From contig CAJBZP010000041.1 in NCBI GenBank assembly GCA_903960135.1, forward strand, positions 909 through 64,908: a DNA stretch of 64,000 nt, read 5' to 3'. This DNA is from an uncultured Actinomycetes bacterium. Its GTDB lineage: Bacteria > Actinomycetota > Actinomycetes > S36-B12. Of this stretch, positions 22,778-31,178 are shown piece after piece; the first letter of the stretch is position 1, and every line of letters starts with the position of its first letter. The notes under the pieces are model-generated. The model saw only the letters and a program-made list of their open reading frames with translations, did no database searches and had not been told where the DNA came from. The translations under genes and the position numbers were made by a program.

Positions 22778-24266
22778 ACGGCTGGCAAGCACCATACGTT
22801 TCGCGCAGCACAGCGACAATCTCGCCGACAGTGGCATAAGCCGTAACCGCCTGCACGCACGCTGGCACCACATTCGCATTCGCAACGGCCGCCGCGCGCA
22901 CCGCCGCCAAGCCCGCCGTTACTTCAACTTGATCCCGGGCGGCTCGCACCTCCTGCAGGCTAGCGATCTGGGTGCGTTCACTTGTCGGATCTAGGGCGAA
23001 GACCTCAAATGCCACCGGATCAGTCACAAAGGCATTGACGCCGACAACGGTCTTCGCGCCAGTGTCGACCGCCCTTGCCAACTGGTAGGCACTATCGCCC
23101 AACTCGGTCTGGAAGTACCCCGACTCTATGCAGGCAAGCGCGCCACCACGCTCAGCGATATTGGACATCTCCGCCCAGATTTCAGCTTCCAACTCATCGG
23201 TGAGCTGCTCCAGCAGGTAACTGCCGCCGAGCGGATCAACCATCGAGGTGACACCTGTTTCAAAAGCCACAATCTGTTGCGTGCGAAGGGCCAAGGTTGC
23301 CGCCGTTTCGGTAGGTACGCCCAGCGCCTCATCGAAAGCGCACACATGCATGGTCTGAACCCCGCCCAAAGCCGCTGCCATCGCCTCGATGGATGTGCGA
23401 ACCACGTTATTGAGTGGCTGTTGCGCGGTGAGTGAGGATCCCGCGGTAAAGACGAAGATTCGCAGTTGCTCCGAACGTGGGTCCTGCGATTGGTAGGTGT
23501 CGCGCATCAGCTTCGCCCAAACCCGGCGCGCCGCTCTGAATTTGGCAATCTCCGGCATGAAGTCCATGTTGCTCGACAGGAAGGTGAAAAGAGATGGGGC
23601 TACCGCGTCAACACTTAGACCGCGGCGCACCGCTTCATCCAGATAGGCGCGGGAGTTAGAAAAGGTAAATGCGATCTCCTGCACTGCGCTGGAGCCCGAC
23701 TCACGAATGTGGTAGCCGCTCATGGCCAGTGATACCCAACGCGGGATGTTGTTAGCAATGTGCTCTATGACATCTACTGAAAGCTTTAGCCCGGCGGCGG
23801 CCGGGAAGATTTGCGTGCCGCGAGCGAAGTACTCCTTGAGTACATCATTTTGAATAAAGAGCCCAAATTCATTGGGATTGACGCCCCGCTTCTTGGCCAG
23901 TGCCTCGAACATCGCGGCCCAGATGTAGCCGATGGAATTGGCGGTTGTTCGAACCTGACTGATTTTCTCCAGCGGTATGCCATCCATCAACACTTCAATG
24001 TCGGCAAGGCTATCGATGGCGACTCCGACTTTGCCCACCTCGCCGCGTGCCAATGCATTGTCTGAGTCAAGGCCCATCTGCGTAGGCAGATCCAGTGCCA
24101 CGCTGAAACCGGTTAGCCCCTGATCAAGTAGCGACCGAAAGCGCGCATTTGTCTCGCGCGCAGTCCCGAAACCCGCGTACTGCCCCATGGTCCAGACCCC
24201 AGGATCAGCACTGATCCCACGGGTGTAGGGGAACTCGCCTTGCTGCTCGCGGACTTCACGGGTCAC
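22764..24266 (-). CDS. Divergent methylmalonyl-CoA-mutase-family catalytic subunit (paralog 2, no B12 domain)
   Basis: Contains [55 protein letters not shown] and VFTAGSS. The preferred start is GTG at 24266, which forms a GTGA overlap with the upstream ligase stop and has a GGAGGTG RBS. The track ORF extends to 24395. Confidence 0.8.
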   Translation of the reverse strand: MTREVREQQGEFPYTRGISADPGVWTMGQYAGFGTARETNARFRSLLDQGLTGFSVALDLPTQMGLDSDNALARGEVGKVGVAIDSLADIEVLMDGIPLEKISQVRTTANSIGYIWAAMFEALAKKRGVNPNEFGLFIQNDVLKEYFARGTQIFPAAAGLKLSVDVIEHIANNIPRWVSLAMSGYHIRESGSSAVQEIAFTFSNSRAYLDEAVRRGLSVDAVAPSLFTFLSSNMDFMPEIAKFRAARRVWAKLMRDTYQSQDPRSEQLRIFVFTAGSSLTAQQPLNNVVRTSIEAMAAALGGVQTMHVCAFDEALGVPTETAATLALRTQQIVAFETGVTSMVDPLGGSYLLEQLTDELEAEIWAEMSNIAERGGALACIESGYFQTELGDSAYQLARAVDTGAKTVVGVNAFVTDPVAFEVFALDPTSERTQIASLQEVRAARDQVEVTAGLAAVRAAAVANANVVPACVQAVTAYATVGEIVAVLRETYGACQPSTTF

Positions 24267-25822
24267 TTTTTCACCTCCGCATTCAACTGCTCGCGCAGCA
24301 CCTTCTTCGCAATCTTGCCTGTTGAGTTGAGCGGAAACTCGGCGACGATCCGTACGTCCTTCGGCTTCTTGTATGAAGCCATTCGTGACTTGCAATGTTC
24401 AAGCACCTCTTCAACGGTGACACTAGCCCCAGCGGACACGGTAATCATCGCAGTGACATGCTGACCCCAGTCGGCATCCTCGACACCGATTACTGCAACT
24501 TCGTGAACCCCGGAGACCTCGGCTATTACATCTTCAATCTCGCGCGGGTAAATGTTGTAGCCACCCGAGATGATCATGTCGCCCTTGCGGTCAACCAGGA
24601 ACAACCTCTCATCCGCATCTGATCTACCTAGATCACCGGTGTAGAGCCAGCCGTCGCGTACTGCTTTCGTCACGGTGGCATCCTGCCCGGCCTGCCCGTA
24701 ATAGCCGCGCATCACATGGTCACCTCGGGTTATTACCTCGCCGATTTCACCTGTTGGCAAGTCTTCACCTTGATCATCAACAATGCGAATTTCTACGCCA
24801 TTACATGGCAACCCCGCACTCGTCAGAATTTCCAGATCACCATCAATCCCCCGACGATGGTCAGCCGGCCCAAGCACGGTTACCGGCGGGATTGCCTCGA
24901 CCAACCCGTAATACTGCGACATCTGCGGGGTGATGCGCTCAAAGCATTGCCTAATTTGCTCAGGTGGCATCGGGGCACCCGCATAGCCCAAGATCTCCAG
25001 ATTTGCCATCCGCTCCAGTGAGATATCGGGCATCGCGAGCAGTCGAGCGACCATCGTCGGCACGAGCGCCGTGGCATTGGCACCTCTGTTTTCGAACGCA
25101 TCAACAAGTGACTCCGGGTCAAACTTGGCCTGCACGATCTGTCGGCCACCGAAAGTGAAATAGGGCAGGACGAAGAGCCCACTGGTGTGGGTTACCGGGC
25201 CAGCGTGCACCCAACAACTGCGTTCATCGGGAACTTTGCCAAGGAAGTCAGTGACGATGTTGTGCAGACTCGCCATCCGGTTTCGATGGGTCCGAATCGC
25301 ACCCTTCGGGTTGCCGGTGGTGCCACTTGAATAATTCAGTGAGACCAAGGCGTCAGGATCCACATTGAGTAAGAGCGGCTCAGGGGCCTGTGCATCAAGA
25401 AACCTCTCATAAGGGGTGGCGCCTTCCGCGCCATCGACCCCGGCGTTGATAACGATTATGTGATCGACCATCGCCCGCACACCTGCGGCGTCGTCCCAGA
25501 ACTTGGCATCAAGGATCAAGACCTTCGGGGTGCAATCGGCAGCGATTCGGACCCAATCGGTTGGGTGCAATCGGTAGTTCAGCGCCACTCGACACAATCC
25601 GGCAGTGCTGATCCCTAAATCAGTCTCGATGTAGGTGTTTTGGTTTGACTGGAGGTCAAGCACTCGGTCACCTGTCACCAAACCAAGTGCTCGAAGACCG
25701 CGAGCAAGTTGCATGATGCGCGAGCCGGTGCGGCCGTAGGTACTCGTGCCTTCCGGGCCGTCCAAGGCAATCCGGTCGCGGTACCTTCGCATTGAGCGTG
25801 CTACGAGCCGGCCGACATCCAT
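24263..25822 (-). CDS. AMP-forming acyl-CoA/aryl-CoA ligase (class I adenylate-forming enzyme)
   Basis: 519 aa with LNYSSGTTGNPKGA (AMP-binding A3), YGLVE, YTGDLG, GGYNIYPREIE and STGKIAKK motifs. Its start abuts the upstream stop with a 0-nt gap. Confidence 0.85.
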   Translation of the reverse strand: MDVGRLVARSMRRYRDRIALDGPEGTSTYGRTGSRIMQLARGLRALGLVTGDRVLDLQSNQNTYIETDLGISTAGLCRVALNYRLHPTDWVRIAADCTPKVLILDAKFWDDAAGVRAMVDHIIVINAGVDGAEGATPYERFLDAQAPEPLLLNVDPDALVSLNYSSGTTGNPKGAIRTHRNRMASLHNIVTDFLGKVPDERSCWVHAGPVTHTSGLFVLPYFTFGGRQIVQAKFDPESLVDAFENRGANATALVPTMVARLLAMPDISLERMANLEILGYAGAPMPPEQIRQCFERITPQMSQYYGLVEAIPPVTVLGPADHRRGIDGDLEILTSAGLPCNGVEIRIVDDQGEDLPTGEIGEVITRGDHVMRGYYGQAGQDATVTKAVRDGWLYTGDLGRSDADERLFLVDRKGDMIISGGYNIYPREIEDVIAEVSGVHEVAVIGVEDADWGQHVTAMITVSAGASVTVEEVLEHCKSRMASYKKPKDVRIVAEFPLNSTGKIAKKVLREQLNAEVKK

Positions 25823-27886
25823 CTAGTGCCCTCCTGCCTGCTGAAGTTGATCCCCGGTTGATGCGTCGAAGTACATTGCGTCCAAGATCCAGCACCCATC
25901 AGTTAATACCGCGATCGGATTTAGGTCGAGCTCGAAGCCGGTTGGCCATTCTCGGGTGCAATCAGCCAGGCGCACCACTGCCCGGACAAGCGCGTCAATG
26001 TCAGCTGGTGCGGCACCGCGAGCACCAGCGAGCATCGGTGCCAAGGCGGTCTCGGCGATCATCTCGCGCACGTCTATTTCATCGACGGGCAGCAGTCGCA
26101 CCGCGGCATCGGCGACGATCTCGGTGAGCACCCCACCAACGCCGACCGTCAACACCGGCCCAAGGGCGCTTGGGGTGATACCCACAATGGCCTCGACACC
26201 GCCGCGGACAAACCGTTCCGCGAGCACCTGCCCGCCAAGGTCCGCTAGCCGGGTAAATACCTCTGCTGCGGTCTCCGCGGTAACGCCAAGCACCACGCCA
26301 CCTGCATCACTTTTGTGAATTAGGCCGGGAACCACGGCCTTGAAGACCGCAACGCCATCGAACCTAGACACGGCGTCAACCGCCGCGGCCGCACTGCCAA
26401 TCAGCACCGACGAAGGAACTGGTAATCCTGCGTCCGCGAGGATCGTCTTGACCTGCTTCTCGGATGCGCCAGCCTCTGGTGCCGGCGCTAATGGGCCGGC
26501 AATTACCTCTCGGTCCCGGTGCTTTGAGGTGGCGTGCAAGGCCTGCAATGCGGCGACCGCTCGTTCAGGGGTGGGATAAACGGGGATGCCATTCGACGCA
26601 AGGACAGCAGCTCCGTCGGGGGCCAGCGAGGCGGCGCCGGTTCGCACCGCGACCACGGGCAGACCGGTGCGAGAGCGCACGGACCCGAGGGCACTTGCGA
26701 TTCGGGTGACGTCGGCCCCAACCAAGACCGCGAAGCAGGCGACGATCGCATCAACACTCAGGTCGCCCGCCAATCGGTCAACGCACTTCTCGAACAACCC
26801 CGGCTCAGCCATCACCGCCGCGGTGACATCGACCGGATTGGTCGCATTGCCGTAACTTGGAACTACCGCGGTTAGATCGGCGATGGTGTCGGCGCCAAGT
26901 TGGGCAAGTTGCATCCCACACGCCTCGATCGCATCAGCCGCCAAGATCCCACTGCCCCCCGAAGTCGTGACCACCCCGATCCGGCTTCCAGGCATCCGCG
27001 CACCCGTCGCGAACAGGGCACCGGCATCGAGTAGTGCGTCAATATCTGCGACTCGCGCGATGCCCGCCTTCTTCAGCGCCGCATCCACGACTTTGTCAGC
27101 TGACGCCAGCGCACCGGTGTGCGAGGCGGCTGCCCTCGCCCCCGCTTCACTCCTACCGGCTTTTACGACCGCGATCGGCTTCGACTCGGCAGCACCGGCT
27201 AAGGCACCGAGCTCCCCCAGTGACTCGATGTACATGAGCACCGCATCGACACTTGGGTCAGCAGCCAACTGCACCGCAACATCAACGGCAGTGACATCTG
27301 CCTCATTGCCGGTCGTGACCGCAATCCCAATTGGCACACCGCGTTCTATCCCCAAGGACAGCGCACCGAAACCAAGTGCACCCGATTGGCTAACAAGTGC
27401 GATATTGCCATCGGGTAATGGGGTTGCTGGCGAGGAGAACACCGGACTAAATGTCGCAAGCACCCGGGCTGGGCCACCGACCGCGCCGATGCAGTTGGGG
27501 CCGACCAAGCGCATCCCGTGATCACGAGCTATTCGCACCAACGCATCTTGAGCTGCGGCGCCGCTCGCACCGGTCTCCGCGAACCCTGAAGACATAACAA
27601 TGCAAACCGAGGTGCCTGCTCGGGCGCAGTCGGTCACCGCGTCTAGTACCGCGGCCGCCGGCACCATAACCAAGGCCAGATCAACCGCCCGCCCGATACT
27701 TGCCATACTCGGGAAGACCGGCAACCCCAGAACCTCGCCACCCTTTGGGTTGACCGGCGCGATGAAACCCTGGTATCCGTACTTTTGCAAGTAATCGATT
27801 GGTAGCCGGCCCATCGCACCAGGTCGTTCGGTGGCCCCGATGACCGCAATCGAGCCAGCCGACCAAAGGGCTTGCAGGCTGCTCAC
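25823..27886 (-). CDS. ADP(NDP)-forming acyl-CoA synthetase, fused alpha+beta domains (acetate--CoA ligase family)
   Basis: 687 aa. It has an N-terminal CoA-binding domain (SIAVIGATERPG), VGPNCIG, a phospho-His loop (AAASHTGALAS) and a C-terminal ATP-grasp region. Confidence 0.8.
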   Translation of the reverse strand: MSSLQALWSAGSIAVIGATERPGAMGRLPIDYLQKYGYQGFIAPVNPKGGEVLGLPVFPSMASIGRAVDLALVMVPAAAVLDAVTDCARAGTSVCIVMSSGFAETGASGAAAQDALVRIARDHGMRLVGPNCIGAVGGPARVLATFSPVFSSPATPLPDGNIALVSQSGALGFGALSLGIERGVPIGIAVTTGNEADVTAVDVAVQLAADPSVDAVLMYIESLGELGALAGAAESKPIAVVKAGRSEAGARAAASHTGALASADKVVDAALKKAGIARVADIDALLDAGALFATGARMPGSRIGVVTTSGGSGILAADAIEACGMQLAQLGADTIADLTAVVPSYGNATNPVDVTAAVMAEPGLFEKCVDRLAGDLSVDAIVACFAVLVGADVTRIASALGSVRSRTGLPVVAVRTGAASLAPDGAAVLASNGIPVYPTPERAVAALQALHATSKHRDREVIAGPLAPAPEAGASEKQVKTILADAGLPVPSSVLIGSAAAAVDAVSRFDGVAVFKAVVPGLIHKSDAGGVVLGVTAETAAEVFTRLADLGGQVLAERFVRGGVEAIVGITPSALGPVLTVGVGGVLTEIVADAAVRLLPVDEIDVREMIAETALAPMLAGARGAAPADIDALVRAVVRLADCTREWPTGFELDLNPIAVLTDGCWILDAMYFDASTGDQLQQAGGH

Positions 27887-28281
27887 GGGAGGATCGCGGT
27901 CCCTTCTATCTCGAGCAGCGCCGCATCGTCATATAACCGGGTGACACCGATCAGCGTCATCGCCGGATAATCGCGGCCCACCAGTTGGTGCCAGATTCGC
28001 CCGATTTCCTTGGCGTGATCGCGATAGTCGACCGGGTCTACCGAATAGATAGTGAGTTTCGCTAGTTGCGATGGCGTGCCGCCGGCTGCCGTAAGGGCGA
28101 CCAGCAAATTGGTGAGCACCTGCTCGAATTGCTCGACGATGGTTTCCCCAACTATCTCGCCGTCGATATTTAGTGCGGTCTGCCCCGCCAGCAGCACGAT
28201 GGTGCTGCCTTCGGCCACCACCGCATGGGTAAAACCGATCGGTGGGGCCAACTCGGGCGGGTTAATCCTTCGCACTGTCAT
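27883..28281 (-). CDS. ridA: RidA/YjgF-family enamine/imine deaminase
   Basis: The core sequence PPIGFTHAVVAEGSTIVLLAGQTAL...LVALTAAGGTP..LAKLTIY...PAMTLIGVTRL...LLEIEGTAIL is typical of the family. The preferred start is MTVRR at 28281, with alternatives at 28287 and 28320. The stop overlaps the next gene's start by 4 nt. Confidence 0.75.
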   Translation of the reverse strand: MTVRRINPPELAPPIGFTHAVVAEGSTIVLLAGQTALNIDGEIVGETIVEQFEQVLTNLLVALTAAGGTPSQLAKLTIYSVDPVDYRDHAKEIGRIWHQLVGRDYPAMTLIGVTRLYDDAALLEIEGTAILP

Positions 28282-28449
28282 TTCCATACCCTTCGGCCAT
28301 CGCTGGATAGACTCAACCACTGCCCTTGGACAGCTAGTTGCGGGGCTGGCTGAAAAGGAGTGCGCGTTGCCGAATCCATTTGGCCTTTCCCGCCCGCTAG
28401 CCTACCCGGGCATAGTGCGCATCCTTGCCGATCGACAATAATACGACAC

Positions 28450-29625
28450 ATGAGCGCCCCACGTCCCGTACTTGCGGCAGCCCGCCGGACCCCATTTGGC
28501 CGGTACCGGGGCCAATTGTCGACGATCCGCCCCGATGATCTCCTCGGGTTCACCATCGCCGATCTCATCGCGACCACCCCACAACTAGACCCTGCCCATA
28601 TCGATGACGTAATCATGGGCGACGCTAACGGTGCCGGCGAGGACAACCGCAATGTCGCCCGAATGGCCGCCCTGCTCGCTGGGCTCCCGCTGACGGTGCC
28701 CGGGGTCACCGTAAATCGCCTGTGCGGCTCCGGCGCCGAGGCCATCGTCCAAGCCGCCCGGGCAGTACGCGCCGGTGATCTGGATTTAGTGCTGGCCGGC
28801 GGTGTCGAAAGCATGAGCCGGGCGCCCTATGTGCTCCCGAAATCAGATAAGTCACTTGATCCGGCCATGCGGTTGGAGCAAACAACCGTGGGCTGGCGGA
28901 TGATTAACCCGGCTTTCCCCGCGCATTGGACCGATAGCCTCGGGGCTTGCGCTGAGCGCAGTGCCAACGTGCGCGGCATCGGCCGCAGTGAGCAAGATGA
29001 CTGGGCCGTTCGATCACATGAACTCGCCAGTGCCGCTTGGTCAAATGGGTTACATGATGGCTTTGCGTTTCCCATTGCCGGGCTGGCAATCGATGAATCC
29101 ATTCGCACCGATTGCACCTCCGAGTCCCTAGCGCGCCTGAAACCAGCCTTTACCGCAGATGGCACGGTGACCGCCGGTAACTCATCACCTATTAATGACG
29201 GCGCCGTAGCCACCTTAATTACGTCAGAAACAAAGGCACTCGAACTCGGGTTGGCTCCGATCGGCACAATATTGGGATCCGCAGTAGTTGCCACCGAGCC
29301 CGATGACTTTGCGAGCGCTCCCGTCCCGGCAATGCGCAAGCTGCTCCAGCGAACCGGGTATTCATTTTCCGATATCGATCTCTTCGAGATCAATGAGGCT
29401 TTCGCCGCGATGGTGCTCACCGTGCTTCGAGATGCCCCGGAAATCGAGGTGGCGAAAGTCAATCCAAATGGGGGCGCCATCGCAATCGGGCACCCCGTTG
29501 GGGCTTCGGCAGCCAGGGTCGTTGTCGACACGTGCCGTGAGTTACAGCGTCGTGGTGGTGGCTTGGGCATTGCAACGGCATGTATCGGTGTCGGACTCGG
29601 CATCGCCGTACTAGTGGAGGTTTGA
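28450..29625 (+). CDS. Acetyl-CoA C-acyltransferase (degradative thiolase)
   Basis: Has VNRLCGSGAEAI (active-site Cys), NPNGGAIAIGHPVGASAARV (His) and ATACIGVGLG (second Cys). The start was set to the ATG at 28450 (MSAPRPVLAAARRTPFG). Confidence 0.9.
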   Translation: MSAPRPVLAAARRTPFGRYRGQLSTIRPDDLLGFTIADLIATTPQLDPAHIDDVIMGDANGAGEDNRNVARMAALLAGLPLTVPGVTVNRLCGSGAEAIVQAARAVRAGDLDLVLAGGVESMSRAPYVLPKSDKSLDPAMRLEQTTVGWRMINPAFPAHWTDSLGACAERSANVRGIGRSEQDDWAVRSHELASAAWSNGLHDGFAFPIAGLAIDESIRTDCTSESLARLKPAFTADGTVTAGNSSPINDGAVATLITSETKALELGLAPIGTILGSAVVATEPDDFASAPVPAMRKLLQRTGYSFSDIDLFEINEAFAAMVLTVLRDAPEIEVAKVNPNGGAIAIGHPVGASAARVVVDTCRELQRRGGGLGIATACIGVGLGIAVLVEV

Positions 29626-30422
29626 TGATTCAGCTGGACGAGTTCACCGATGTGAATTACGAAGTCATCGACGGCGTTGCGGTGATCACGATAAACCGGC
29701 CAGAGCGCTACAACGCACTTCGCGGCCGCACCGTTGATGAGCTCATCTATGCATTTCGCTACGCATGGGTCGACAAAACCGTTGGCTCAATAGTCTTGAC
29801 CGGTGCCGGCGCCAAAGCGTTTTGCAGTGGCGGTGATCAAAAGGAGCGCGCAGCAACCGGCGGCTACGGCGAGACCGAGATGGGCATGTTCGAGATAGAT
29901 CGGCTGCACCGGCTGATCCGCGAGGTACCCAAGCCCGTTATCGCTGCCGTTAATGGGTTTGCGATCGGCGGCGGCCATGTGCTCCATGTCCTATGTGACG
30001 TCTCACTGGCCGCGAGCACCGCGAAGTTTGGCCAGGTGGGCCCGCGGGTCGGTAGTTTCGATGCCGGCTTCGGTACCGCCTACCTAGCAAGGGTGGTCGG
30101 GGAAAAACGCGCCCGCGAGATCTGGTTCTTCTGCGATCAATATGACGCTGCCACCGCCGAACGCTGGGGCCTGGTGAACCGCGTCGTCGAACCAGATGAG
30201 CTGATGCCGCTCGCACTTGCTTGGGGCCGCAAGGTACTGGACTTATCGCCGACGGCGATCAAGACCCTCAAGCACAGCTTCAATGCCGATACCGACCACC
30301 TGGTTGGCCTGCAATCACTGGCCTTTGATGTGCTGGATCTCTTCGTCGAAACCGATGAAGCCAAGGAGGGCGGCGCCGCCTTCAACGAGAAGCGGCCGCC
30401 GGATTTCACGCCCTACCGCTGA
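29625..30422 (+). CDS. MenB/BadI-subfamily crotonase (1,4-dihydroxy-2-naphthoyl-CoA synthase-like / 2-ketocyclohexanecarboxyl-CoA hydrolase-like)
   Basis: Colinear with E. coli MenB as I remember it: AFCSGGDQKER...GGY, PKPVIAAVNGFAIGGGHVLHVLCD, FGQVGPRVGSFDAGFG, AREIWFFCDQYDA and AFNEKRPPDF. The ATG overlaps the thiolase stop as TGATG, and GGAGG lies upstream. Confidence 0.8.
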   Translation: MIQLDEFTDVNYEVIDGVAVITINRPERYNALRGRTVDELIYAFRYAWVDKTVGSIVLTGAGAKAFCSGGDQKERAATGGYGETEMGMFEIDRLHRLIREVPKPVIAAVNGFAIGGGHVLHVLCDVSLAASTAKFGQVGPRVGSFDAGFGTAYLARVVGEKRAREIWFFCDQYDAATAERWGLVNRVVEPDELMPLALAWGRKVLDLSPTAIKTLKHSFNADTDHLVGLQSLAFDVLDLFVETDEAKEGGAAFNEKRPPDFTPYR

Positions 30423-30445
30423 AATCAGGGTCATCTCCTCGGATT

Positions 30446-30480
30446 TCTACCATTATAGAATTTGCTTCTACCGTGGTAGA
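30446..30480. promoter_or_regulatory. Two palindromic sites (candidate VapBC autoregulatory operators) with an embedded -10-like TATAGA
   Basis: TCTACCATTATAGA (30446..30459, imperfect) and TCTACCGTGGTAGA (30467..30480, perfect 6-2-6 palindrome) end 9 nt before the vapB ATG. Confidence 0.5.
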
Positions 30481-30488
30481 TTGGGCCT

Positions 30489-30752
30489 ATGTCCCTGAAC
30501 ATCAAGAACCCCGAAACCCATAACTTGGCTCGGGAGCTGGCCGCGATCTTGAGCACCACCGTGACGAGTGCAGTTACGGTGGCTTTGCAGGAGTCGATTG
30601 CCGCCCACGGCAGCGGGAAGCATCCGCAGGATCGATTAGAACGGTTGCGCGCCATCTCCCAGCGAGCGGCAGCAAGGGTGCGGGCCACGCCTGGGCCTGA
30701 CCTCCAGCTGGTCGCCGACGATCTCTACGACGCTAACGGACTACCGATTTGA
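30489..30752 (+). CDS. vapB: Type II antitoxin, VapB family (Rv0623/VapB30-like)
   Basis: 87 aa. MSLNIKNPETHNLARELAAILSTTVTSAVTVAL is typical of the FitA/Rv0623-like antitoxin family. It overlaps the downstream PIN gene by 4 nt. Confidence 0.7.
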   Translation: MSLNIKNPETHNLARELAAILSTTVTSAVTVALQESIAAHGSGKHPQDRLERLRAISQRAAARVRATPGPDLQLVADDLYDANGLPI

Positions 30753-31165
30753 TTATTGACACTTCGGCTCTAGTCGGTGCATTACTGGGCGAGCAGCACG
30801 CCGAAGAACTCCTTCAAATAATTGCCGATGCGCATCAACCGCGGATGTCTGCTGCCAGCTACCTAGAATCAGGGGTGGTCTTGGATTCGCGGCGAGACCC
30901 GGTGCTTTCGCGATCACTCGACGACTTCCTTGATATCGCGGAAGTCGAAATCGAACCAGTAACAGCCGAGCAGGCGCGAATTGCCCGCGAAGCGTATCGA
31001 GATTTTGGTAAAGGAAGCGGACACCCGGCACAACTCAACTTCGGCGACTGCTTTGCTTACGCATTGGCAAAGTCCACCGATGAACCATTGCTCTTCGTAG
31101 GTTTAGATTTCAGTCACACCGACGTCACTGCGGCACAGGTCAGCAGGCCCAAGAACGGCGGCTGA
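30749..31165 (+). CDS. vapC: Type II toxin, VapC family PIN-domain ribonuclease
   Basis: 138 aa. It has (M)IIDTSALV with the first acidic PIN residue at position 4, later acidic residues (E, FGDCFAYALA, D near the C-terminus), and a TTG start in a TTGA overlap with vapB. Confidence 0.8.
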   Translation: MIIDTSALVGALLGEQHAEELLQIIADAHQPRMSAASYLESGVVLDSRRDPVLSRSLDDFLDIAEVEIEPVTAEQARIAREAYRDFGKGSGHPAQLNFGDCFAYALAKSTDEPLLFVGLDFSHTDVTAAQVSRPKNGG

Positions 31166-31178
31166 CTCGCCCCTTAAG

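Noticed and set aside
28282-28449. PaaX-box-like sequence (GCCGAATCCATT, reverse complement AATGGATTCGGC) in the RidA/thiolase divergent region
   Set aside because: It resembles the E. coli TGATTCG core only if a 1-nt insertion is allowed. No second half-site at the expected spacing was found.
30423-31178. VapBC region as a horizontally acquired islet bounded by direct repeats
   Set aside because: I found no flanking direct or inverted repeats. By eye the base composition is similar to that of the neighbouring genes. The idea is kept only as a low-interest finding and is not annotated as a mobile element.
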